A stretch of DNA of 64,000 bases from Octopus vulgaris (lineage: Eukaryota): NCBI GenBank assembly GCA_951406725.2, contig OX597816.1, positions 68,510,001 through 68,574,000 on the forward strand, given 5' to 3'. Made by a program: the position numbers and the translations under genes. The notes below the pieces were generated by a model that made no database searches, was not told where the DNA came from, and saw only the letters and a program-made list of their open reading frames with translations. Of this stretch, positions 12,028 to 28,865 are shown piece by piece. Each line of letters starts with the position of its first letter. Within the stretch, counting starts at the first letter, position 1.

Positions 12028-12408
12028 TACAGGGTAAATGTTTTTTTAATTTTCTCCTGGTTTGCGGAATTAATGTTATTTTGCGGTTGAAGCTTTGGCT
12101 GTTATTTCTAGTGGGTGAATGGCCTATTATGGCCGTTCCTTGATTGTGATGTTGAACTTATAAATGGTCTATGACTATTTAATTTTTTCCCACTAGGCCG
12201 CTGGTGGCAAAAAAATTCTGCAAAATTTTTTGCCACCCTATATTGATTAATTATGAATTTTCTGGTTAGTTCCGTAATGGTATCGGCGGCTTATATTTAT
12301 TTGCTGCCGATAAATTTGGCGCGAGTGCGATGATTTGAAAATTTTAGGTCAGATATTGCCGAGGCAGGGACAGAAGTGCCTCGTGAAAATATCTGTTCCG
12401 ATCTGGCT

Positions 12409-12515
12409 ATTTCTTACTGACGAATCTAAGGGCCTATGGAAGATTGGCTTGATTTAATTTGATCAGGTTAGTTTACCATTAAACAATAGATGAAACGGTG
12501 CATCGTATAAGAAAT
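12409..12515 (+). ncRNA. type I hammerhead ribozyme, predicted cleavage after GUA at 12507
   Basis: same architecture as 11921-12027; one A>G change in extended stem II retains pairing (U-A to U-G). Confidence 0.88.
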
Positions 12516-12738
12516 TACAGGGTAAATGTTTTTTTAATTTTCTCCTGGTTTGCGGAATTAATGTTATTTTGCGGTTGAAGCTTTGGCTGTTATTTCTAGT
12601 GGGTGAATGGCCTATTATGGCCGTTCCTTGATTGTGATGTTGAACTTATAAATGGTCTATGACTATTTAATTTTTTCCCACTAGGCTGGTGGCAAAAAAA
12701 TTCTACAAAATTTTTTGCCACCCTATATTGATTAATTA

Positions 12739-12810
<72 letters not shown>

Positions 12811-12813
<3 letters not shown>

Positions 12814-13026
12814 CGGGAAGGTTTACGAAAATAAACAAAAGACGAAGGCAGGTGGAGTACAAACAAACAAAGTATTAGTATGGCGCTCAGGAATAGAAAT
12901 AAAACAAGTCTTTTACGTTTCGAGCCTACGCTCTTCGACAGAAAGATACACAGAAAAGAAACAAGGAGAGAAACAAAGAGAGAAAAAAATTGCGTGTAGG
13001 GGCTAACTATCCAACATGGCGTTCCA
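12811..13026 (-). mobile_element. short (TA)n-embedded repeat with minimal hammerhead-like motif (Penelope-type pLTR fragment)
   Basis: homologous to 19999-20175; minus strand tcttt-CTGTCGA-a-gagc-gtag-gctc-GAAA-cg-TA-aaaga at 12909-12946. Confidence 0.65.
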
Positions 13027-13084
13027 TATATATATATATGTATATATACATACAAATACATAAATATATACATACAAACATATA

Positions 13085-13865
13085 GAGGGTGCGGTAAATA
13101 TATTGTCTAAATTACGCTTAAATGAAAATATCCCTGACATTTCATTTTAACAGATAAATTGCATAAAGTAAATTAATTCAATAAAATCGCCATTGGCTTT
13201 AACCAGGGCTTCAAACGTCTTCAGAATCTCCTGCAACTTTTCTGGACGGTCTCTTTGTTTAAGTTTGTGAAAGCTGCCATAATCGTCGCCTTCAATTCAT
13301 CTTTCGTATTTCTAGGAGTTTTATTGGTCTCTCGCTCATCTACGCCCCACAATTAATAATGAAGTGGGTTACAGTCTGGAGAATTAGGAGGCCAAATGTT
13401 AGGGGTTATGTGGTCGCAAAAATTGTCCGACAGTCATGATTATGTTCTTCTGCTTGTATGGCATGGTGCAGAGCCCTGTTGCCAGACATAACGTCCTCCA
13501 GCGGCCACCCTCTTTAGCCAAGGCAGCACTACCTCCTCCAGGCACTTGATGTAGACCCCCGTGTTGAGTTTGAGGCCGTGTGGGGAAATGTATGGAGACA
13601 TAACTTTGCCATCACTAGTGATCACTCTAAACACTATGATGTTGACTGGATGTGTCATTTTTATCAGTCTCGGTACATGTTTTGGGAACACGCTAAGCCG
13701 ACGGTTTACCAAGCAGCACAGTGAATTGTGTCACGCTGCTGTTTTTCTCAGGGACGGTGACCCACTGACACCACTACACTTAGTAGTCATCAAACTCAAA
13801 AACAAACAATGTGGGTGCACGGAATAAAAAATGTTAATGGCGACAATTTGCCTATTGCACCCTGC
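13085..13865 (-). mobile_element. internally deleted Tc1/mariner DD37D (maT-type) transposon
   Basis: imperfect TIRs (agggtgc...attgtc), TA-rich flanks, remnant YVWQQGSAPCHTSRRT...WPPNSPDCNPL. Confidence 0.85.
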
Positions 13866-14012
<147 letters not shown>

Positions 14013-15017
14013 ATACATGAGCTATGAAACCTTGTCTGAATATCTGACTACTACTAATAATATCGAAGGTAAAATTTAGCTAGGCAGATCCAAAAGCTAG
14101 TTATTTATACACTGGACGTCGTGAAATTGCCATTTAGCTTCCATTCTCGGAGATGATTGAAAACTATGGGAATTTGGAGGGAAATAGCTCTGAATGATTT
14201 ATTATTAAAACCTATTCTATTTTTCTTAACCATTACATACAATATCGTAGTATTACTTATAGGCCTTTGCATTGTTTACACAGCGTAGCTGATGGCATCG
14301 AAATTTAACAGAAACATGCATGGAAGTGTGCCCTGTGATTGCCGAGATACAATTTTTATATTTGTCTAAGGTTGTTTCCTTCGCTGGAGATCAGTTCCTA
14401 GTTATTAATATGTGTTCCTCATACTAAAATATTAACTTTAAATAAATACAAATTTTTCTCAGTTTTTTTTTTTCTAGTTTGGTTTAAATGAAAGAAACTC
14501 TTATCCGTTATCCTTGTAGGTCTTTAATGTTAAGTAAGAATATGTGCAAATTCACAGCGTACTTTATGAAACAATATTATATTCATCAGCATAATACAAT
14601 TCTTGTAATTCTGATTTCTTTTACTCGACCATAATTTATTTTAAACTACATTATCTAATTACGGTGATGTATTTGCATAGCAAGTGACCTGATCTGAGAT
14701 CGTGTGCTGGAACGAAAATAATTGCAGCGTGGAAGGTGTTTAGTAGCCATTTAAGAAACACATAAAAACCGTTAGATTCACTTCGACATTTAAATTTAAT
14801 TTGCCAAAATATTTTCGTCGCTTTGAGACCGCGATCTGTTCACTCACAAAATTCCCTGCTGCATCTCTAAATACATTATCTAAATCATCCTGTTTAAGAC
14901 AATAGAGCGTGTCCTAAAATTTTGCTGTTATTTCTCGCAAGTTAATGTTGTTGCTTTACTATTTATAATTAGGTCATCGTAAAATCTCTGATGTTCAAAG
15001 ATACACCAGCTTTTAAG

Positions 15018-15430
15018 TCGGTGAGCTGGTAAAAACGTTAGCACGCCGGGCGAAATGATTAGCGGTATTTCGTCTGCCGTTACGTTCTGGGTACAAATTC
15101 CGCCGAGGTCGACTTTGCTTTTCATCATTTCGGGGTCGATAAATTAGGCATCAGTTACGCACTGGGGTCGATATAATCGACTTAATCCGCTTGTCTGTTC
15201 TTGTTTGTCCTCTCTGTGTTTAGCCCCTTGTGGGTAGTAAAGAAATAGGTGTTTCGTCTGCCGCTACGTTCTAGGTACAAATTCCGCCGAGGTCGACTTT
15301 GTTTTTCATCATTTCGGGGTCGATAAATTAAGTACCAGTTACGCACTGGGGTCGATGTAATCGACTTAATCCGTTTGTCTATCCTTGTTTGTCCCCTCTA
15401 TGTTTAGCCCCTTGTGGACAATAACGTAAT
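15018..15430 (+). mobile_element. SINE family A dimer (full copy plus 5'-truncated copy)
   Basis: second unit starts at 15248; whole dimer flanked by TSD-like agatacaccagcttt (14999-15013) / agatatatcagcttt (15432-15446). Confidence 0.85.
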
Positions 15431-16574
15431 CAGATATATCAGCTTTCATCTTCATATCGTTCTCTTTTGTTTTTAGAAATAACCCATCTAAGACAACCTT
15501 ATTCAATATATTCCACCTCTCTTAAGACGATTATATGTAATTTGAAAGCTATTCACTTAATCTGTTTCGCAACTATGTGGTTTCGAGTTCTTCTCGTGCG
15601 GGGTTAGGTCTTGAACAAAGCTTCGGAATCAACCGAAACCTTGTTATTGAAACTTTGGTAAGCGTATCCTGTTTTGAAGCTCTTCGGATGGAAAATTTCA
15701 TTTCTTAGGAAACTGACTTCACCTGACACCCATTATTAATTACCATTATTTGATCCTCGGTTTACACTGTGCGCCATGCATTCGCTTCAAGTTCTCTCAC
15801 TTAATTGTATATTTTTATTGCTTTATCTTCTTTCTTGACTACTCGTGGCTTAAAGTATGAACCGTGTAAATCTATTACCTATCAAAATTTGAAATGGTTC
15901 TCATCAAATCCTAAACACCACACATCGTTCTTTTCGCCCTGCTTCAACTAACCTAACCGCTGTATTCCAGCCACCACACCGTTTCAGAACTGACTGCGTC
16001 TTCTCTGTTTACTAATAAATTTTTGTGCATTTATTTGGGCTAAGAAAGTTTGTTTCAGCTGTATAGTATTTCTGTGTTGCTCTTAGATTAAACCTCATAA
16101 TAATTCATTTGTTACCATCAGGGTAACAAATGAATCACTGCAGAAAATAATGTAGGTGATGCACCATAGGAATACTATTATTACAGGCTATGATCTAGCA
16201 ATCATTATACTCATTAAAATATATACATATATTCATGCCTGTTAGATTTAACAGTAATTTTTTATTCGCTGTTAAGTTTGAGGTATAAGAAGATTGAAAT
16301 TAATGTTTCATATGTATTAGTTTGATGCAAATTTCGAAATGTACAGCCATTATCGAGAGATTTATAATGATGAAAGATAAGAGGACATATGTGGAAATAT
16401 CAGAGAAAATATCAAATTTTATCTAATATTGTCTCTCCATTTCACCCGATTTTTCTTTACCCACTGAGAGTAAATTTGATAGATGGAAATGCCTATATAC
16501 ATAGGTATGTGTACGCGCATACTCACACAAAGACACTCACAGGCACACACATTTATAATATAAAATACATGCAT

Positions 16575-17315
<741 letters not shown>

Positions 17316-18176
17316 GTACACACATCAATACCCACCCATACATACGTATGAATAATGACAGAAAATGAAAAGTGTAGCAATTTTGAACAATTTCGTTCAG
17401 TTTTGTGACACAAAAATGCTGTTTCACTTATGTTGTAGTAAATTATATCTAGATTGAAATATAATAATTTTCATGTCGTGTAAGACGTTCCATTTTATTA
17501 GAAAAATATAACCGTATTCATATATTCAGTATTATTCTACTTCTAGTAAATTAATGTTTTTTTTTTCCTTTTCGAAGCTTTTTGTCAGGAAGTAAAAAAA
17601 TGCACATGACCCTTAACAATGTTATCAACGTTTATGAGGGAGAGGTATGGAGAGAGGTGTCGTGAAACCGAAAATCGGCTCCCAATACTAGTTGCCTCTC
17701 CGTTAAAGATAACCAAGATATCAAATGATGGGCTTAAAGCTTGCGACAGATTAAAAATGGTAGTGATAAATTTTGAAGCGAAAAAGGACTGTCACTCTAT
17801 GTAGCCATGACGGGATTTCAATTCAAAACGAAAAGGGCATGAACGGATACTTTGAATATTTTTATTGCTCATGTTCCACTAATCTACTGTCCTATTGTGG
17901 TACTTTTATTTATCTACCTCGAAGGGAGGAAAGGCAAACTTGATCTGGGCGATATTTAAATACCGAGAGCAGAAACCTGCTGCAAATACCGGGAAACATT
18001 CAAAGCAGCGCCCTAACTACTCTGTCAATTCGCTATCTTTGTGCTGTTATACACTGTGAAATTTATAATCCTTTGTTTTCTTTTACAGGTACAAGGCCTG
18101 AGATATTGGGATAAAAGTGATATTTATATGTACACCACTGTATTAGTTTGTAATGGATTAAGTTATTTACAATATA

Positions 18177-19386
18177 GGAGGATGGGTTGAAAAGTTCATA
18201 GGTTGACTGTGAAGGTACTATATTAGAACTGTGAAATCTTGCACGCATTAATTTGAACTTTAGTTTCTTTCCAGATAAACTGAAATTTGACATTTCAAAG
18301 AAGACTTCAAAAATAACTAGTGGCGTCTTTTCTTAAAAACGAACAAAATTTGATGTTATCAAGTATGGGTTTAGCCTCTAAAGACATTCATGCTGACATG
18401 GTTACTTCATCAGATGATATCGCTCTAGCTTTACCAATAGTGCAAAAGTGGGCAGTTAAATATAGGAAGGACTGGAGAGTCTTGATGACGACTCAAACTC
18501 TAGACGTCCTGCAACAGCCATTACTGAAGATGATATTGATTGTGTTTACCACATAGTGATGAATGACAGACAGTTGACTATGAATCAAACAGCCAATGCT
18601 GTCAGCATTTCCCGTGAAATTGTCGAGAATATTCTGCGCAAAGAAGTTGGTATGCCAAAGGATTCTGCTTGGTGGGTGCTACGTCTTCTGACACCTGATC
18701 AAAAGCTCACCAGGTTGATCACATTGCGGAGAGTGGCAGATCCAGCTGGTTTTGTTGAACGCATTCCAAGCTAGGTTGTATGTTGGGTTCATCACTTTTA
18801 TCCAGAGAAGAAGAGACAATCTATGCAATGGAAACACTCTTACTAACCTGCACCAAAGATAGCCAAGGTCTTTTCATTGGTAGAGGATGTGATGGACTCA
18901 GCTTTTTGGGATGCCAAAGGCATTGTATTTATTGACTTTCTTCAAAAGGGTAACACCATCAAAAGTGAGTACTAGGCCAACTTGCTGAAGTAGTTATTAC
19001 AAAAGACTATCACGACCAAACGCCCAGGAAAACAGACGAAAGGGCTCTTGTTTCATCAGAACAATACTCCAGCATCCCGTCTTTTAATGGCTGGTGTGCA
19101 TGACTGTGACTTTGAAACGCGTGATTGCAGTTCCTGTCCCCTGACTTGGCCCTATTTGACCACCATTCGTTCCCGAACATGAAAAGGCACTTGGCTAGGA
19201 AACAAAATGAGGATGACATTTTTGTTCAACAAGATAAAAACATCTTCTCCAATCGCATCCAACCTATTCAATACCCATAGAAGAAGTGTGGACAGCAAGG
19301 GCGACTTTGTTGAAAAATAATTCTCATTCGTTCACATTCCATGTGAGTATCTTGGGCAACCTATGAACTTTTCAGCCAACCATCTA
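18177..19386 (+). mobile_element. near full-length, decayed mariner transposon
   Basis: TIRs gatgggttgaaaagttcatagg / cctatgaacttttcagccaaccatc, about 1.2 kb, TA flanks, remnants KDIHADM, WVLRLLTPDQK (WVPRLL motif) and SPDLALFD (YSPDLAP motif); many stops and frameshifts. Confidence 0.9.
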
Positions 19387-19532
19387 CACACAAGAACATT
19401 TATATTTTATCTACATTGAACTCTGAAACCAGAATATAGGCAGATGAATAAATATCTGCATTAGCAGCATGCGAATCAGTTGATGACAACCTTGTTAGTA
19501 ATATACCAATTTATTCGTTATCATGATGAAGG

Positions 19533-19645
19533 AGCGCAGTGTAGTTGTTAGGGTGTTCGGTTTACGATCATAATGCCGTTGGTTTACTTCCGGAGCCGGC
19601 GGCGCATTGTGTCATTGAGAAATGTACTTTGATTCACGTTGCTGG
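19533..19645 (+). mobile_element. SINE family B 5' fragment
   Basis: degenerate tRNA head plus gcattgtgtcattgag...ttcacgttgct. Confidence 0.55.
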
Positions 19646-19901
19646 CCAGATCCTTCACCCTAGAAGCCTCACTTAATTAAACAGTGGGAGGAACGAGGGG
19701 GTATCTATATCTTCTCAGAACTGCTCAGGCATCTCAAACAATTAGCGATAAAATAGGACGTGCAATCAAGTCATACACATACACACTATTACGCCCAGAA
19801 AGATGAATTGATGCTAGAATTAACAGAGTGGTGAGGCAAAATGTCATGTAAGAGATATAGAGTGATAGAATAAGTATACCGGGTGACAAAATCAAAATTA
19901 T

Positions 19902-20175
<274 letters not shown>

Positions 20176-21300
20176 TATATATGAGTGGCATATTAGTTCA
20201 TTTGATAATCTGGTAAACAAAGTATCTTGCAGTACATAGTCGAAAGTCTTGACGTTCAAATTTCGAATACCAACAGGATAAATTTTGTATCCGGCCGGCG
20301 ATTGCTAAAATAGCAGTATTCTATTTTGCCGCCTGCTATATCCTCTAGAATTTGTGGTCTCTGGTCTAAACTATAATATTTCCTACTGCCAATTAGAAAT
20401 TGATTAAAATCTAAAACATCATATGTTTTTCAAATTCAAAAAATCACAATTTTTCTTCTAGAATAAAACGTCTAGTTTCCTAAAATAAAGAAAGTTCACT
20501 ATATTTTACCTTTAGTATATCAGATTTGATGTACACCAGGATGCAGTTGCTTCGCCTATATCCTATCTTCCTTGTAACCTGCAACGAAAGAATACAATCT
20601 GTTTATAGGAAGTATTATTATGATTATATAATTATAACTATTGGCAATTTAAGTAAATAGTTGAATAACCAACAGAAAGACAAATATAACACATCCTAAA
20701 ATAATGTACTTATGATCAAAGACAATCTTCCTGTATATTTATGGTTACATTGATTAAAGTGTCGTTTAAAAAAATCAGGATGTGATTAGGGTGCTATTTC
20801 TAGCAGGCAAAGATACCAACTGTAAACCCTTCTCTTAAAATGAGTTGATATGATAATGGTTGAATAGATTAACTCCAATACTTATTTTCAAGTCTGGCAT
20901 TTCTTCTATCGGACGCGTTTTCCGAATTTTTTTAAAATTACGCTGCCGTAAAGAAACCAACACCGGTTATGAAACAATATAGTGAACAGCTGTTATATTA
21001 ACAGTTATATAATATGGGTACTTTCTATGGTTACAATATACCCTTCACGACTTTGTAGTTCTAGGTCAAGTGTCTTTTTTCCATAGACTCGACTTTCAAA
21101 TAGCCTGTGGAAAGAATGAATGAAATTTAGTAGCTCTGTATGCAATATAATGAAACTTCATTCGCGGGATATTCAGTTTTAATAAGCCAACGGTTTTAAT
21201 AGGCTCTACAGTATGTTTTTAGCAATGTTTTCCCATTTATTCTACACATGTATTTGTTCTCACACACGCTTACACACACACGCACACACACACACACACA

Positions 21301-21354
<54 letters not shown>

Positions 21355-21613
21355 CGCATGAGAGTGCAAAAAACATGTACAGTACACACAAATAAATGCA
21401 AATGTGTAACCTTGCATGTATGTATGTGTATATGAAATTGCATACTGTTTGCCAATGTACATCGGCAAATACCAAAAGAAAAACTAGTACCTTAAGAATA
21501 AACTTCCTTAGATACACCTGTATACAGACACAATCCTTCCATTTCTATCATCAAAATGCAGTTAAACAGTAATTGGTCTATATACATACATACATATATG
21601 TATATATATATAT

Positions 21614-21912
21614 CACGTGATCACGTGACCGACCAGACCATCAGATGCTGCTACACATCGCTGGTCACAATGCGTTCGCATTGTTTTAGCCTTCGAACGA
21701 CGCCACCCCGCTGGCTAAGCGAGCAGGCCAACAGAAGAAAGAGAGAAAGAGTGGCAAAAGAGTACAACAGGGGTCGCCACCCCCTGCCGGAGCTTCGTGG
21801 AGCTTTTAGGTGTTTTCGCTCAATAAACACACACAACGCCCGGTCTGGGAATTGAAACCCCGATCCTCCGACCGCGAGTCCGCTGCCCTAACCACTGGGC
21901 CATTGCACCTCC
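21614..21912 (-). mobile_element. tRNA-derived SINE family D
   Basis: minus-strand head ggaggtgcaatggcccagtggttagggcagcggactcgcggtcggaggatcggggtttcaattccc. Confidence 0.85.
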
Positions 21913-22634
21913 ACACACCCACACACCCAAACACACACATATACACACACACACACATATATGTACACTCACATGTGAGAGATCATGAAAGGTCTTGATT
22001 GTCTGTGAATTTATGATATAAAATACTGCCATCACATTCCTGATATGTGTTGCTTCAATGTGATATGTGTTACTATCAGAGAATCTATAGAAATGCATTA
22101 GTATATTATCATTCATATATTTGTTATAGATGCATCATTACAATATGTTATTATCAGACAGTTTGGATATTTCCAGTCGCTTCAATTTGCAAACAGACAC
22201 GGTGTAATAGGTTTACGTCAATGAGAAACTTGTGGAAACCACATGTTTGGCTTCTACTAATGTAGTGTTAACAAAGCAGCGTTAACAAGCCTTTAGAAAA
22301 AGGCAAGGTACGATATTGAAAACTATAATGACACGAGTGTTGTCATTACTTCATTGTTAACAGAATTTGCCGACAAGCTATTAAGGTTTTGTAGATATGT
22401 AGAAGCGTAAATAGTTTGTTTGCTGTGGTTATTTTTAACCCTAGGCATAATGATTAACGTCTTCATAATTTTGGCATCGTGTCCACGTTGTTCCTTTTAT
22501 AACACTGCATTGTGAAATATTTATTTTATTTTATTTTATCTAGTTTCAGCTCACGAGCTGTGGCGCGCTAACGTTTCTGCCCACTTCTTTTCTACAAAAT
22601 GGTATGGAGCAACATAAGAAAATAATTGATGTTA

Positions 22635-23022
22635 CTGTCGTTGTTGCTGTTGCTGTTGAGCGAACCGTCTTCGTCCCAGACCTCGCAAGATGGGAGAAGT
22701 CCGAAACGTGGTCCTTTGCTATTCGTAAGACCCGCAGAAGAGAAAGCAAGTCGACTCCCGAAACCGAGAGCATCGACGGATGGATGAATGCGCATCCAGG
22801 CTCTGCGGTTGCGTAGGAAGTCGGGGACAAGAAACAGGAAGAAAGAGTGAGAGAAAGCTGGAGCGAAAGAGTACAACAGGGGTCGCCACCCCCCCTGCCG
22901 GAGCCTTGTGGAGCTTTAGGTGTTTTCGCTCAATAAACACACACAACGCCTGGTCTGGGAATCGAAACTGCGATCCTCCGACCGCGAGTCCGCTGCCCTA
23001 ACCGTTGGGCCATTGCGCCTCC
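22635..23022 (-). mobile_element. SINE family D with a different 3' tail
   Basis: 5' ~190 bp nearly identical to 21729-21912; 3' part unrelated, ending in a (CAA)-like repeat. Confidence 0.8.
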
Positions 23023-23299
23023 ACTGTTGTTGTTGCTGCTACGGCTGATTCCTCTCTTTCTACTGATTTTTTGTTGACGTTTAGTCACAAGGGAAGCGTA
23101 ATACAGCAAAGATACAAAAGAAAATCTGTCCGGAGATGAATTTCTCGTAAATTTAAGTTCGTTGAAAACTACAGTATTCAGAGTGCAATGCAGTCATTTT
23201 GGGTACGAATTCCCCTATACTTCTTGTTTTACTTCTTGAGTGTGGAGAGACGATTTGTTCCCATGGCGTTTGCAGGCTTCCTGGTATCAGTGCTTTTCG

Positions 23300-23790
23300 T
23301 GCCGTTAAATTTCCGTTTAGGATGTTGCAAATCAATATTTATAGAAAAGACATGACCCGTAAAAAAGTTGATGAAGGCCGATGTCCTATGGAGAAAAGCT
23401 GCACAAAATGAGTAATGTGCCGAGGGATATGGTGGATGCAACAGAAGTGACTATTAGTAAAGGTGTGAGTGTGGCAGAGAGGTCTGAATAGTGGAGGGAC
23501 GAAACCAGCCAGCTACGAAGAAGAGAGGCTCTTATGGTTGTGAACATGTCGAGAAAGGTTTGTCTCAGAAATGCAAATAGTTCGTTAAAAGTAGATGCTA
23601 ATCCAATAGATTTTGAGAAAAGAACAGTCAATAGTATCGACCTCAGTAGTTGAGATATAGTTATTTCATTGAGCCTGCAAATAGATGAATGAAAAAACTG
23701 GCATCGGCGGATTTCGAATATTGATTCGCTGGCTAGCTCTTGAGATACTTCAGTGGAATCCACTTTATTCCAATTATTCGGGTCAGAATG
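23300..23790 (-). pseudogene. old CR1-like LINE 3' fragment
   Basis: frameshifted minus-strand IPRHITHF...LHRTSAFINFFTGHVFSINIDLQHPKRKFN resembles the CR1 ORF2 C-terminus. Confidence 0.45.
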
Positions 23791-23894
23791 CCAGTCTGAA
23801 GATAATATTATTCGTCTGATAACCTACTTTCTTATGATTAAGTCGCATAAGAGGAAACAAGATTGTATACATTTGGAAAAAAGCTTTATGTATA

Positions 23895-26728
<2,834 letters not shown>

Positions 26729-27036
26729 CTATTAATAATATTTTCAATATATTTTATTTTAAAATTATCAGGTTTCAAGTTCTCTCTTAGCCAAATTGAT
26801 TGAGTTACAAGTGAATATTTCCATTGTTAAAATACCATCTGTCTGCCTGTCTGTCTGTCTCTCTCTATCTATCTGTCTCTCTCTATCTATCTGTCTCTCA
26901 CATACCCACAAACTCTCTCCCTCTTTCGCACACACACGCACACACTCACCACACATACACACGTTTTCTCTCATACACCCCACTTATATATTTAGATGTA
27001 CACATTGGTCAAAGATATATATACTCTTTTACTATT

Positions 27037-27435
27037 TACTCTTTTAATTGCTTCAGTCATTTGATTGCGACCATGCTGGGGCACCACCTTTAGTCAAGCA
27101 AATCGACCCCAGGACTTATTTTTTGTAAGCGTAGTACTTATTCTATCGGTCTCTTTTGCCGAACCGCTAATTTATGGGGATGTAAGCACACCAGCATCGG
27201 TTGTCAAGCGAAGCTGGGGGGGACAAACAAAGGCGCAAACATATACACACACATGCATATACATATATATATATATACGACGGGCTTCTTTCAGTTTCCG
27301 TCTACCAAATCCACTCGCAAGGCTTTGGTCGGCCCGAGGCTAGTGTAGAAGACGCTTGTTCAAGGAGTCACGCAGTGGGACTGAACCAGGAACCATGTGG
27401 TTGGTAAGCAAGCTACTTACCACACAGCCACACCT
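27037..27435 (-). mobile_element. SINE family C
   Basis: collinear with the reverse complement of 5080-5526. Confidence 0.9.
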
Positions 27436-27469
27436 ACGCAAAAAAGAGAGAAAAAATTATCTGCACAAG

Positions 27470-27640
27470 TTCGTGAGTTCGATTCCTGACGGCGTGTTTT
27501 GTTTTTGCGCAAGAAACCTCATTGCACGTTGCTCCAGTATGGCTAATTAGCAAAAATGAGTTGTACGTGTAATTCAAAGCGACAGCTTTCATATTAACAC
27601 TCTGTGTCCACTGACCGTCGTAGCAACCGACGGAATGCCA
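27470..27640 (+). mobile_element. degenerate SINE family B fragment
   Basis: tcgtgagttcgattcc...cacgttgctccagt...aaaaatgagttgtac. Confidence 0.55.
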
Positions 27641-27929
27641 GTTAGTTATAAGAAGCGAAGCCGAGAATAACAAGCTACGAACTTCTATGTATTCGCATCT
27701 TTGGTGTATGGTATGAACGTGTGTGTTTGTATGTTTCTGTGTATTTATGCGAGTGGTATATGCATGGCCTCCTCTATGTGTATATGTACACAATATTCAT
27801 GTTTATCAATAAGTACGCACCTGCGCTCACACACACACGCACAGAAACACACACATTGTATAAATAAAGTATGTATGTATACATATAAACAGGAACATGC
27901 ACATGGAGACATATATGTATTTATAAATA

Positions 27930-28000
27930 CATGAATATATATATATATGTATATATATATATGTATATATATATATGTATATATATGTATATATATATAC

Positions 28001-28040
<40 letters not shown>

Positions 28041-28172
28041 TTGTGTATACATACACACACATACATACATACACATATACACACAAAGACCTGTGTACTT
28101 TCCTTTGTGTGTTTCTGCTACTGCTTGCATATTCTAATCTTTTATTATTACTTTCTTATTTATATATTTGCG

Positions 28173-28231
<59 letters not shown>

Positions 28232-28235
28232 CACT

Positions 28236-28267
<32 letters not shown>

Positions 28268-28270
28268 ATA
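27930..28270. repeat. (TA)n/(TG)n microsatellites
   Basis: directly visible. Confidence 0.9.
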
Positions 28271-28865
28271 CACACTAGCATACAGGGACACAGAATCATA
28301 TACACGGATATAGTCAAGTACTCACAATTAGATAATAGCTTTGAATATAATATGTGAAGGAAGGATACAAGAAATTTATATGAACGTATATGTATTTCAA
28401 GAGGAGAAAGACGAACATAAAACATTAAAAAATATTAGATAGGAAACGGGTTAACAACACTACAATAACAGCGACTAAGATATTGATACAGAACAAATGA
28501 CGAAGATTATGACAAAATATCCTGTAGAAAGTTTGTTTGTAGATATAAAACTGTAATCCCGTTGCATACTATCAAATATATATTTTCGGTGTTTGGTTTC
28601 AAATCTGCATAAATGATTGATCTGTTTTCATGACACTTGTACATCAGTTACAAAGGTCTGTTTTCTTGTTGACAAATGGATAGAAATGTTGTAAACGTTA
28701 CGTGAAATATCTATATGAGAATATAACTACACCAAGCATGTTTGCGACTTGCTCTAAGATAGAGAAATCGATCATGAAACTTTGTTTATGATCATGCGAT
28801 GTTTATACATACAAACATACATATTAACATCACTATAGATATTTAGATATAAGTATATATAATAT

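Larger units (their letters stand above)
11426..12743 (+). mobile_element. hammerhead-containing 488-489 bp tandem array (retrozyme or Penelope pseudo-LTR-like)
   Basis: units start at about 11485, 11974 and 12462 (atcaggttagtttacc) and are near-identical; third unit partial; 5' inverted segment; (TA)n on both sides. Confidence 0.85.

Noticed and set aside
11484-12743. CRISPR array or plain satellite interpretation
   Set aside because: Units are ~490 bp with no variable spacers; the hammerhead and paired structure explain them better
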